Positions 26,046-38,397 of a DNA stretch of 64,000 bases are shown piece by piece. The notes under the pieces are model-generated. The model was not told where the DNA came from. It did no database searches and was given only the letters and a program-made list of their open reading frames with translations. Positions within the stretch are counted from its first letter, which is position 1; every line of letters starts with the position of its first letter. Both the position numbers and the translations under genes were made by a program. The stretch comes from Octopus vulgaris. Its lineage: Eukaryota. The stretch lies in contig OX597819.1 in the NCBI GenBank assembly GCA_951406725.2, positions 15,934,001-15,998,000 of the forward strand. Reading direction: 5' to 3'.

Positions 26046-27320
26046 GTTGTCCGGAAAGTTCGTGCCGATTTATAGTAGCTTACCGTTTGACTTATTTTAG
26101 AACATGGTTGAGTCCATAAAATAGGATTTGACTACACCTCCATTTAGAGCACAGTTTAAGCTATCTTTTCGTGGAAGAAGGTTTATATTCCTATAACCTG
26201 TGTTAATTCTGTAACCCATAAAAAGGGAATATAAGAAAGTTCATTTTCGGCACTTGATGCCTTTCTTTTTCCTTAAAGGGAATAATGCCTCACAAGCTAC
26301 CAAAGAAATATGCGCAGTTTACGATGTCGTTTCTTTATCCGAAAGAACTGTGCGGAAGTGGTTTGCAAGGTTCCGAGCTGGAGATTGTAGCCTTATTGAT
26401 AAAGAGCGATCAGGCAGACCATCCACTACAGATGATGACCAAATCAAGTCATTAATTGAGAATAAGCCACATTGCACAACTCGAGAATTGGCAGAAAGCC
26501 TCAACCTATCAAAATCCGTCGTTCATGAGCACCTGGTAGAGCTTGGGTACACAAATCACTACGATGTTTGGGTACCACATGAGTTGAGTGAGAAGAACCT
26601 TTTGGATCGCATTCCCATCTGTGATTCGCTTTATAAACGGAATGAAAACGCACCTTTTTAAAAGCAAATTGTGACAGGTGATGAGAAATGGATTATCTAC
26701 CGAAATGTTCAGAGAAAGCGATCCTGGAGTAAGCGACATGAACCACCCTTAGCCAAAAGCTGGTCTTCACCCTAAAAAAGTCTTGCTTTGTGTCTAGTGG
26801 GATGGGAAAGGAACTCTGTACTATGAGCTTCTCCCAAGTGACCAGACAATTAATTCGGAGAAATACTGCACACGATTGGACGAGTTAAAAGCAGCAATTC
26901 AAGAGAAACGTCCAGAATTGGCCAACAGGAAGGGTGTTGTTTTCCAACATGATAATGCAAGACCGCGCATTTCTTTGGGAACCAGACAAAAATTGCTGCA
27001 GCTCGGCTGGGATGTGTCACCCAACCCTCCATATTCACCAGATATTGCTCCTTTGGATTTCCACTTATTTAGGTCTCTGCAGAATAGTCTTAATGGTAAA
27101 AATTTCAATTCCTTGGATGACGTAAAAAGATACCTTGATGGATTCTTTGCCATGAAACCACCTCAATTCTGGGAAGAGGGTATTTTCAAGTTAAAGGAAA
27201 GATGGAGACGTATTGTGCAATAAAATGGTTCATATTTGGTTGATTAAAAATGTAATGACAAGTATTTATTGACCTTTTCCTTTCCTTTAAAAATCGGCAC
27301 GAACTTTCCGAACAACTCAA
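26042..27320 (+). mobile_element. Full-length mariner transposon (1279 bp), inactive
   Basis: TIRs TTGGGTTGTCCGGAAAGTTCGTGCCGATTT / AAATCGGCACGAACTTTCCGAACAACTCAA; TA on both sides. Confidence 0.97.
26224..27245 (+). pseudogene. Mariner DD34D transposase pseudogene
   Basis: RKWFARF, RSGRP, WVPHEL, TGDEKW, QHDNARP, PYSPDIAPLD; lost ATG, TAA at 26659, frameshift near 26755, further stops. Confidence 0.95.
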
Positions 27321-27372
27321 TACATACATACATACGTACATACATACATACATACATACATACATACATACA

Positions 27373-27465
<93 letters not shown>

Positions 27466-27783
27466 AAAATCACATTGGTTATAGAACAAACATTAAATTT
27501 GGGTCAACGACTTTATATACAACATCACCCCTCAAATATTTGATCATATATAATAATCACCATGGTTCCCAAACACATAAAAATAATGCATATACATAGA
27601 ATCTATACTGCTTCTTTATGTTCGTCTCATTTATATTTGAGCCCTTCTTTTGCAGTCCTATAAACCTTTTTGTTTCTGTGAAAAGGGACAAATATTATTT
27701 CTTGTTTTATATAATTAAAAATATACATTAAGTACAGGACATCACCGGCGAGTGAAAATTACGAAAACACAGAAATATCACTA

Positions 27784-27854
<71 letters not shown>

Positions 27855-28139
27855 ATTACATTTATGAATATATATGGAATACTCAGTCACTTGCAGTAAA
27901 ATAAGATGGAGTATATTATAAAGATAAACATCTATTTTCTCACTCTCTCTCTCTTTTTTTCTCTCTCCCCCTCTCTCTATCTCTCTCACGCTCTCTGATT
28001 CTATCCGGGTTCTAAGGGTAACCGTTTACTTTATAATTTGATAATTGAGGAGTTCAGTTGATGGAATAACTGCCCTCGCTCATACATTTGCGTATGTGTG
28101 TGTGTGTGCATGCGTGTGTTTATATATATATATATTTAT

Positions 28140-28184
<45 letters not shown>

Positions 28185-28441
28185 ACACACACACACACAT
28201 ACACACACACACACACACATACAACACACACACAACACAGACACACACACACTTGTCTATTTACATAGACGCAGACAAACATGAGTGGATATATCGAGAA
28301 CGCAATCGATAGATGGTTTGCTTATATATGGATGTCTAGATGAAGAGAGTGATAGGCAGATAAACAGGCAAGGCTATATTCATGCGGAAGGGAAGTGTTA
28401 GACATAAGCAGATACACACACGCCACACAAATACACACACG

Positions 28442-28522
<81 letters not shown>

Positions 28523-28692
28523 ACATGGACAGATATATGTAGTAAGATGTAATAAATAGGTAGATAAAGATACATACGTACGTATGTATGTATATATGTA
28601 TGTATATATGTATTCATGTATCTTTAGCTATTTATACATCTTGCTAAATACATACATACATACATACATACATACATACATACATACATACA

Positions 28693-28724
<32 letters not shown>

Positions 28725-29187
28725 CATACATACATACATACGTACATACATACATCTATATATATATACATACAGATACACACATGTATATGTATAGATA
28801 GACAAAACAATAGATATATTGACTAAGAGTCAGGCTAGTTTCTTCTGATAGATGAAAACAGGATATCCGGTTAAAGAAAAAAGAAACGAAAAAAAAGAAC
28901 ATTACATAGGGCTATACTGGCGCCACATAGCGGGAGATTGTGTTTAAAATAACTTTATAATATTATCATGGATCACTGCTTGTCAAATGTTGCATAAATA
29001 TGGAGCTTGAAGCCAACTTAATATTTCTCTTTTTTTTTCTCTTCTCTCCTCCTCATCTTGCTCTCCATACTCTCTCACACACACACACATATACACACAC
29101 TATGTTCACTGACATATTAACACATATGCACTTTTTCTCTTGTTTGCTCATCCAAAGTCACACATGCATGCCTATATACATACACAC

Positions 29188-29252
<65 letters not shown>

Positions 29253-31049
29253 GTACACATACACGCACACACACGTATTTATATGTTGACTGTTGCTCTG
29301 AAGTTATGTCAATGGTTGGCTTTTCAAATTGCGTTGGATTTTAAGAATTTGGACATATAAATCTCCATAATTTGTTAGAAGATGGAGGTAATTGGTTGAA
29401 GTAATGGGCGAGGTTGGGAGGTTGAGCAAGTGTGAAAGCCAGCCAATAGGAAAGACCAGGATTTGACAATAGTCAGTGATTGGTGGATCTAAAAAAATGA
29501 ATAATACGATGTCTATTGTCAGGATGCATGTGAGAAATGTATACATGCAGAGGGGCTAACAAGAAATTGTAAAGGGTCTTAGAATGTTTGTAAGGCCAAA
29601 CCTTCAACTCCAAAATAAATTTTGAAAGAAGCTGTGTACACCGTAACGAATTGAATTAAATGAAATTCGAACAAAATACTTTGTGTCTTGGGTATAAGTT
29701 TAAACTTCTTCCGGTCGTAGGACCCTGGATCGTAGCTTCTAGGGTTTTGAGGAGTGTGAAACCACCTTTTAGTCACTATTCGTCCCAGGTCCACAATGGG
29801 TCAGAATAATAGCACCCGTTAGGGTTATGGCTAAAGATTAATTTGCATGTCACGGAATTACCTCCGGATGAAGGTCACTTACAGACAGCCCAGAAGATCC
29901 TTCAGAACTTTAGCTGCTCATCTAAGAGCACCAGACCAATACAAGTTTAAAGGACAAAAACGTGGAATTGGCTCTGCACAAACCATACACACTGTTATGA
30001 TAAACTCCAGTTGTCTTATGGAGGTATTTATTGGGCATTTAAAAAAGGATAAGGGAGTGAATCTCTACAGGAAGTTCAAAATGAGGGACCCTAAGGCAGG
30101 TATTTAAGGTTATACTTATCCAATTCCCATGCGGTTCCATGGATGCTGCGAACATATTTACTAGTCTTTCCTTTCTGGCTTATCCATGAGTAGAGCGATG
30201 GTAAGTGTACATGGAACTAGGCATTAGCTTCAAGAAACAATCCAGCAGATAACTGTCTTTGCAATACCATCATTTAACGACGACAAAAGGCCAGCCAAGA
30301 GGGACAGGGGAAGAATTCTACTAAATTTAGAAATCTAGTAGGATTATCTATTTTAAAGTCTTTATACGAGAAAATTCTCTTTGTGTGTGGCTTATGTAGC
30401 GGTAATAATTTGTTATTCTTAGGAACTTTAACCTACAAATCTCTGATTGATTTCATGAGAACCTTCACAAGTTTTTTTTTAAAGAAGGCTATAACACTTC
30501 CGTCGAAAGTAGTTAATGTCTTTGATGTTATTTTACATGTAGATAACTTAAACTATGACCCCTACGAACAAAGCTCTAATATGACTATAAATCTTCTAAC
30601 CATTCTAAAAGTAAAAACATGTCTTTAAGGCTGCCTTTGTTATCGTCTGATGAACGGATATTTAATGAGAGATCGGAATATTTTGATAAAGCTGGTAGAA
30701 GAAAGAACATTTCTAATGAAGTAAAATACAATCTGAGTATTGGACAGCGTTTGCTAATTCCCGAGGAGTGTGCTTTGAACTTTCTTCAAATACAGTTTGC
30801 AGAATTTCAGTTTAGCAGGACTTGTTTGTCCAGATCGAGGGGAGTCTGCGACAGAAAAATTCCTGAGTGAAACCATCATTGGTTGCCTGGAGTACTCCAC
30901 AAAGAAAAAAAGAGCACAGGAATATACTCTCAAAGTGATCATGTCAAAAATGAGACAAGACTTTCGTTCCTGTACATACATACATACATACATACATACA
31001 TACATACATACATACATACATACATACATACATACACACACAAAAAAAA

Positions 31050-31755
31050 AACAGTAACCGACAATGTAGATTATGTCATATTTCATGGAAGACACCACAC
31101 ACGTGATTAGCAGCTCCCCAAAATGTCACCAAGCTATTACTTCCTTATGCGACACAACGTTGTCGCAAATACAATGTACAACGCCACCCGGAAAAAAAAG
31201 ACTGTCCTGGAATAAATACAGAGAATCCACCTGCTATTGAGGACATACACAAACATCAACACATGGAATACTGGTGGAACATTCTCATCAAGACATCTAT
31301 CAAATGAAAGCATAACAGGCCAGATATTGTGGTTTGGGATAGACGAAAAAAAGTATGTACCGTCATAGCGGTCAGCTGCCCTGCTGATGTGAATATCTCT
31401 TTTGAAATCAGAGAGAAAGAAGATAACTATGGACAATTGATTTGAAACCTCCAGCTTCTACATCCGGATTAGAAAATTACATTTATACCAATAATAATAG
31501 GAGTTTTTGGTTTTGTAAGTAAATGCTTAAATGTTAGTCTGGATAAGCTAGAATTTTCACAAAAAAATCAGCTGACCAACCTTCATATTACAAATATAAT
31601 TTGTAAGCGGAACAGTAAAAATATGCAAGACTTTCCTCAAATTTAAAATGTGACATTGTTTTTGTTATCTACATTCCAAAGATGGAGCTTTGTATCTTTG
31701 TTAGAGACTAGCTCCTTCCTCAGAGCAAGAATTTGCATAATTAGAAACAAAAGAG

Positions 31756-31757
<2 letters not shown>
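31050..31757 (+). mobile_element. R4-clade RLE LINE family 2, 3' fragment
   Basis: CRLC..EDTTHVIS, MRHNVVA, HNRPDIVVWD, VSCPADVNI, FIPIIIG; between (TACA)n and (CA)n; 3' UTR similar to the 21302 and 59334 copies. Confidence 0.85.
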
Positions 31758-31844
<87 letters not shown>

Positions 31845-32194
31845 TCTTTTCTCAATGCTGGTGCTGCTCGCTTTCTCAAGAGTTGGATTTGTGAACTACC
31901 TAAGTTCTCATAAACCAAGGAAAGATGAAGCAACCTGCGAGATGGTTCTGCTTCCACGTTCCCTGCAACACATTTGCAATGAGTGTGTCTTAATTTGAAA
32001 GTCAACTGGTGGCCTGACCAGGTATGGCAAAATACATGAAGTTACAACTCAGCTGTTGGTGCGAGGAGAAGACAGATAATTCCAAGTTTAGAAACTGTGA
32101 ACGAGATTGCAGAAAGGGAGCGCAGCTGAAGAGGCACCAGCGTACAGATGGGCTTCAATGAAAGAAGGGCAATATTCTGACAAGAAGGAGCAGT

Positions 32195-32195
<1 letters not shown>
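31845..32195 (+). mobile_element. Possible decayed DNA transposase C-terminal fragment (hAT-like)
   Basis: SLETVNEIAER recalls the L.VVND.AERG motif; heavily degraded. Confidence 0.25.
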
Positions 32196-32253
<58 letters not shown>

Positions 32254-32317
32254 CACACACAGAGTTGGATACGTAGATAGACACCCACATCATAGTTTTC
32301 TTTTACGAACGTTTATA

Positions 32318-32352
<35 letters not shown>

Positions 32353-32793
32353 ATATATGAATGCACACTGTGTGTCTGTGTGTCTGTGATATTAAAATAT
32401 GTTTGATTTATTAACTGAAAATTGTATTCAGACTGTATTAGCTGAATTTCATCGCAACATCTCTGTCTTTGAAGTGAGCAAGTTTACCCCTGGCTAAGAC
32501 ATCATTCTATGAAAAGAGGACCATGAACTGGAAAAGTATGTAAACAATATGTCCACCAGTTTGTTTTAGTCTCCACGCTACACACAACAGCACTGTTTAC
32601 TTTTACATAAACCATAATTTCATCGGTGGTGCTTTGTGACTCACCACAGTTAATTAATTAAGGAAACTGATCTTTTTTGTGAAGGAATACAAGAACGCGA
32701 AAAGACGAAACAACATGGAATTAGATCCTTTGACCAATGATTCAGTTTTCCAAACGGCTTTACTAGCGGTAAATTGTTGATATATCGAGAAAT

Positions 32794-33012
32794 TACTCTT
32801 TACTCTTTACTCTTTTACTTGTTTCAGTCATTTGACTGCAGCTATGCTGGAGCACCGCCTTTAGTCGAGCAACTCGACCCCGGGACTTATTCTTTTGTAA
32901 GCCCAGTACTTATTCTATCGGTCTCTTTTTGCCGAACCGCTAAGTGACGGGGACGTAAACACACCAGCATTGGTTGTCAAGCAATGCTAGGGGAACAAAC
33001 ACAGACACACAC

Positions 33013-33104
<92 letters not shown>

Positions 33105-33272
33105 TATACGACAGGCTTCTTTCAGTTTCCGTCTACCAAATCCACTCACAAGGCATTGGTCGGCCCGGGGCTATAGCAGAAGACACTTACCCAAGATGCC
33201 ACGCAGTGGGACTGAACCCGGAACCATGTGGTTGGTAAGCAAGCTACTTACCACACAGCCACTCCTGCGCCT
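32794..33272 (-). mobile_element. tRNA-derived SINE family A, full length
   Basis: Reverse complement of family A with an expanded internal CA/TA tract. Confidence 0.93.
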
Positions 33273-34414
33273 ATAACGACAAAATCTTAATGAATGCAAC
33301 AAATCTATGTCGTATTACGTCACAAACTAATCCCAGATATATTGCCAAAAGTCTGAATCGACGATGTGATTTACATCAGCTAATGTGTTTAATTAATGGC
33401 TCAATATTTATTGATGTATCATTTATGGTACTTATGTATTTAACATGTAAATGTCAACTGGAATTTCTTCGTCCAATATCATTAAGCAAAAGCAAGGAAA
33501 TCAGAAAACAAAATAGCAACAAACATTGAAATAATTATCAATACCACCAACATGAATGGATTTATTTTAATGTAGGTGATGTCGCATCTCACCGAAGGCT
33601 TGACATTCAGACGATGGTTTAACCTTCTCACCAATGAAATGACAACAAAAATACAATCGCAATAAAATAAAGAAATGAAGAAAAAGTTTATGACAAATTT
33701 GTAAAAATGCCCTAAAACTTTGTATTTGTTATTTAATGTAAAACAAAATTACATTTATAAATCTCCGAACGAGATGTAAACAGTAACCGCTCGACAACGT
33801 AAAGTGTACTAGCCATCTGAATGTGGCTAGCCACTGGGGGTAGGTGTTACTGACGCTTTTAGCCCCAGGAGATCGACGTCTCCAGCTGGCCTTAGACACA
33901 ATTTCTGTGCCCTTGTGATATTTGCAAAGGGAGGTCATCGTACGTACTTAAATAGTTATAGCTTCCTTTATATCCTTTCCTATGTTTGCCGAGCTCTCAG
34001 CAAGTGGCCGGGTCGCTGTGATTTAATTACACCTAACAGTCCAAGAAGCTGTCAGGAAATGATACTCAAATGAATCTGCACCATTCACAGGTCACAGCCT
34101 GTCACTCATTTTATCTATCAGTCATAGGCCAGCATCAGACCTCAGTCCACCAGTTAGTCCATCTAACTAGCTGTAATAAGTGTCAGGTTAATGTAGCTCA
34201 GTTTCAAACCGCAATCTCCAAATCAGTTCACCCATTTGTCCAGAATGCGTTCTAGTTCAATGTGATTCAATTTATGTTTAAACCGCGGAACCCAGCCAGT
34301 CAATCAATTTCCTTGAGTCTCCGTCACAGGTAACAGCTCAGTACGATTCCTTCTCAGACTATAATCAACTTAACCATCAGTTATAACGTAGCAGAACGAT
34401 TTAATTCAGTCTCT

Positions 34415-34486
34415 GAAACATTTCACCAATCAGAAACATTTCACCAATCAGAAACATTTCACCAATCAGAAACATTTCACCAATCA
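34415..34486. repeat. 18-bp tandem repeat GAAACATTTCACCAATCA x4
   Basis: Four perfect copies. Confidence 0.95.
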
Positions 34487-34555
34487 GGCTGTTTCTAACA
34501 CATCTCAGACGAACGTATCTCAAAGCACATTCCACCTGGATGTTACAAATACTAT

Positions 34556-34740
34556 TTTTTTTCTAATTTTGGCGCAAGGCTAGTAATTTTAAGGGCAGGG
34601 GCAAGCTGATTAGATCTATTCCAGTATTCAACTGGTACTTATTTTATCGACCCCGAAAGGATTTGAACCCAAACGGAAAGAATGGGAAGGAATAACGCCA
34701 AGCATTCTGTCTGATGTGTTAACGATTTTGCCCGCTCGCC
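34556..34740 (-). mobile_element. tRNA-derived SINE family B (diverged, internally deleted)
   Basis: Minus strand GGCGAGCGGGCAAAATCGTTA..GGTTCAAATCC..GGGGTCGATAAAATAAGTACCAG; homologous to 60147-60368. Confidence 0.8.
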
Positions 34741-34844
34741 ATATTTTATCAGAAGCAGGCCCCACATCGATGTGGTTCGGCTCCTGACACAGTCCACCTT
34801 GTTGTCACTATTATGTTCACTAAATATGATTAAACTTTATTCAG

Positions 34845-34892
34845 CGTTGTTCTGTTACCGTATGTTCTACTCGATGCGCTTTACGCTGATCA
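34845..34892 (+). other. Candidate 48-nt exon
   Basis: ctttattcAG acceptor, GTAAGT donor; open in phase 1 (xLFCYRMFYSMRFTLI) and phase 2. Confidence 0.3.
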
Positions 34893-35535
34893 GTAAGTGT
34901 CCAGTCTGAGTGTTGTGTTGGTGTGTTTCTGTGTTGGCGCTGTCGAGTGTCTGTGTGTGTGACAATGTGACAGTGTGTATGCGTATGGATGTGTGGCGTG
35001 CCAATGTGTGTGTGTATGCGCGTGTGCGTGTGTGTGTATAGTTGCATGTGTGTGTTGATGGATATGTTTTTTTTTAAGCATGAGAGTAATAATCTGTGCG
35101 TGCATAAGTGTATATATATCGGCTTGTATGTGCGTATGCGTGTGTGTGTATGAAAATGATTGCATGCGTGTGTACGTGCGTGCGCGAGTATGTGTGTGTG
35201 TGTATGTGTATGTACTTATATCAATATTTTTCAATTCCCCCATCTATTGGGAAATTTTGCATTATATTGTGCAAGGGAAATTACTCTGTTAAAAACTATT
35301 TGATTGTCTCCCTTACATATTGTCAACAGAGAAAGTTGGAGTATCTGCATTGGAGAATTAGATATGGTACACATTCCGAGAATAAACACTATATCCCTTC
35401 CCTTTCGCTCTGTCTCTTTCTCTCTCTCTGTCTCACTCTCCCTCTATCCATCTGTCTATCTATCTACTAGCATATATGTGTGTATGCATAAGTGTATGTA
35501 TGTATGTATGTATGTATGTATGTATGTATGTATGC

Positions 35536-36034
35536 ATGGTCGGGTCGTCGGCGACTAAACCGGCAACCCCGCCAAGCTCGCTTGGTGAGGAGGGTGTTTA
35601 TTGGTTACCCTGTGGGATGAAAAACAAAACCCGTCAAAGGGCGGAGGAACTCTTGAGAGTCAACGGCCATCCAATAAATGTCTTAAGGCTGTATCATGCG
35701 CCGGGACATAGAAATAATCGGATTGAATACCCGATCGCGCAGTTAAACCATTGGGAGTGAAGGACTTCTAGCCTTTGTTAGGGCATCCTTCTAGGAGAAG
35801 GTAACTCAGGTAACTGGAATAACTCCGACATAAAACCTGCGGCTCAGTGTTTACCGATGATGTTGACTTGTTCTTCTTTTCGGATTATGGCTGCTGTTGC
35901 TTAGTGAGTGGGATTGACTCAGTGCACAGCCTTTACTCACTTTAATAAAAAATCTTTTTGCACAGGCATTGCACGATAACAACATTGATTAAGCTTCGTG
36001 CAATGGCCATACTCGATAACGAGGGGGCAGCCAC
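35536..36034 (+). mobile_element. Non-autonomous RTE-derived bipartite element in (TATG)n
   Basis: 5'-UTR-like motif AGGGCA..CTAGGAGAAGG.AACTC; RTE-type 3' end CTCGATAACGAGGGGGCAGCCACCAT; no ORF. Confidence 0.6.
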
Positions 36035-36681
36035 CATGTATGTTATGTATGTATGTATGTATGTATGTATGTATGTATGTATGTATGTATGTATGTATGT
36101 ATGTATGTATGTATGTATGTATGTTATGTTATGTATGTATGTATGTTATGTATGTATGTTATGTATGTATGTTATGTATGTACGTATGTATGTATGCATG
36201 CATGTATGTATGTATGTATGTATGTATGTATGTATGTATGTATGTATGTATGTATGTATGTATGTATGTATGTATGTATGTATGCATGCATGCATGCATG
36301 CATGTATGTATGTATGTATGTATGTATGTATGTATGTATGTATGTATGTTATGTATGTATATATGTATGTATGTATGGATGGATGTATGGATGTATATAT
36401 GTATGTATGCATGCATGAATGCATGTATGTATGCATGTATGCATGTATGTATGTATGTATGTATGTATGTGTATATGTGTATATATGTATGTATGTATGT
36501 GTGTGTGTGTGTATGTATGTATATATGTATGTATGTGTGTGTGTATGTATGTATGTATGTATGCATGCATGTATGTATGCATGTATGCATGTATGTATGT
36601 ATGTATGTATGTGTGTGTGTATGTATGTGTGTGTGTGTGTATGCATGTATGTATGTATATATGTATGTATGTATGTATGTG

Positions 36682-36715
<34 letters not shown>

Positions 36716-38010
36716 TGTATGTATGTATGTGTATATATGTATGTATGTATGTATTATGCATGTGTGTGTATGTATGTGTGTGTATGTATGTATGTGTGTG
36801 TATGCATGTATGTATGTATATATGTATGTATGTATGTATGCATGCATGTATGTATACATGTATCCATGCATGTATGTATGCATGTATGTTATGTATGTAT
36901 GTATGTATGTATGTATGTATGTATGTATGTATGTATGTATGTATGTATGTATGTATGTATGTATGTTATGTATGTATGTATGTATGTATGTATGTATGTT
37001 ATGTATGTATGTTATGTATGTATGTTATGTATGTACGTATGTATGCATGTATGTTATGTATGTATGTATGTATGTATGTATGTATGTATGCATGCATGCA
37101 TGCATGCATGCATGTATGTATGTATGTATGTATGTATGTATGTTATGTATGTATATATGTACGTATGTATGTATGGATGTATGTATATATGTATGTATGT
37201 ATGCATGCATGAATGCATGTATGTATGCATGTATGCATGTATGTATGTATGTATGTATGTATGTAGTATGTATGTATGTGTATATGTGTATATATGTATG
37301 TATGTGTGTGTGTGTGTATGTATGTATGTATATATGTATGTATGTGTGTGTGTATGTATGTATGTATGTATGTATGCATGCATGTATGTATGCATGTATG
37401 TATGTATGTATGTATGTATGTATGTATGTATGTATGTATGTATGTATGTATGTATGTATGTATGTATGTATGTGTGTGTGTGTATGCATGTATGTATGTA
37501 TATATGTATGTATGTATGTATGTGTATATATGTAATTATGTATGTATGTATGTATGTGTATATATGTATGTATGTATGTATTATGCATGTGTGTGTATGT
37601 ATGTGTGTGTATGTATGTGTGTGTATGCATGTATGTATGTATATATGTATGTATGTATGTATGCATACATGTATGTATACATGTATCCATGCATGTATGT
37701 ATGTATGTATGTGTATGTATGTATGTATGTAAGTATGTATGTATGTATGTATGTGTGTATATATGTACGTGTGTATGTATGTATTATGCATGTGTGTGTA
37801 TGTATGTGTGTATGTATGTATGTATGTATGTATGTATGTATGTATGTATGTATGTATGTATGTATGTATGTATGTATGTATGTATGTATGTGTCTGTATG
37901 TATATATGTATGTATGTGTGTGTCTGTCTATCTGTATGTATGTATGTATGTATGTATGTATGTATGTATGTATGTATGTATGTATGTATGTACGTGTGTA
38001 TGTATGTGTC
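36035..38010. repeat. ~2-kb (TATG)n tract with an ~800-850-bp higher-order duplication
   Basis: Variant landmarks recur: TACG 36181/37035, GCATGAATGC 36413/37207, GTATCCATGC 36860/37683. Confidence 0.95.
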
Positions 38011-38177
38011 TCAGTCACTTGTGCATTACTCAGAAGAAAAAAAGGACGTGTTAAATGGTGAATTTATAATTGTATAGTATCGAGTAATACTTTCTTTGTT
38101 TTGCTTTCGAATCGGTGAGGAAGTTAGCGTTATTTTCACGTCTACTGTTGCATTTGGCAATACTGATCACTTTCCAG

Positions 38178-38218
38178 ATATTCTAGTCGGAATCATACAG
38201 CTCTTTAATGCACTTTTG
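38178..38218 (+). other. Candidate 41-nt exon
   Basis: CTGAT branch-like motif, ctttccAG acceptor, G|GTTAGT donor; phase 1 reads xILVGIIQLFNALL. Confidence 0.3.
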
Positions 38219-38397
38219 GTTAGTTTTATTGTGAACAAGACTGAAACAAAAAAAAAAAAAGGAAAAAACAACGAAGGAAAAGTTTTCTGAGAGGAGAAGC
38301 AGAGTTGCCTCCCATTGTACCATTCCAGCCACTGCTGAAACAGGTCGGTTGTGCTCGCATAAATGTTTTCCGTTCTCTAGTCCGCAAAAGGAGAAGA

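Noticed and set aside
33575-33640. Minus-strand hammerhead-like fold (TTGGTGA-GAAGG..CCTTC)
   Set aside because: Both core segments are too degenerate and there is no GAAA.
33960-34547. Solo LTR ending in GTTACA
   Set aside because: No matching TG start with a target-site duplication found.
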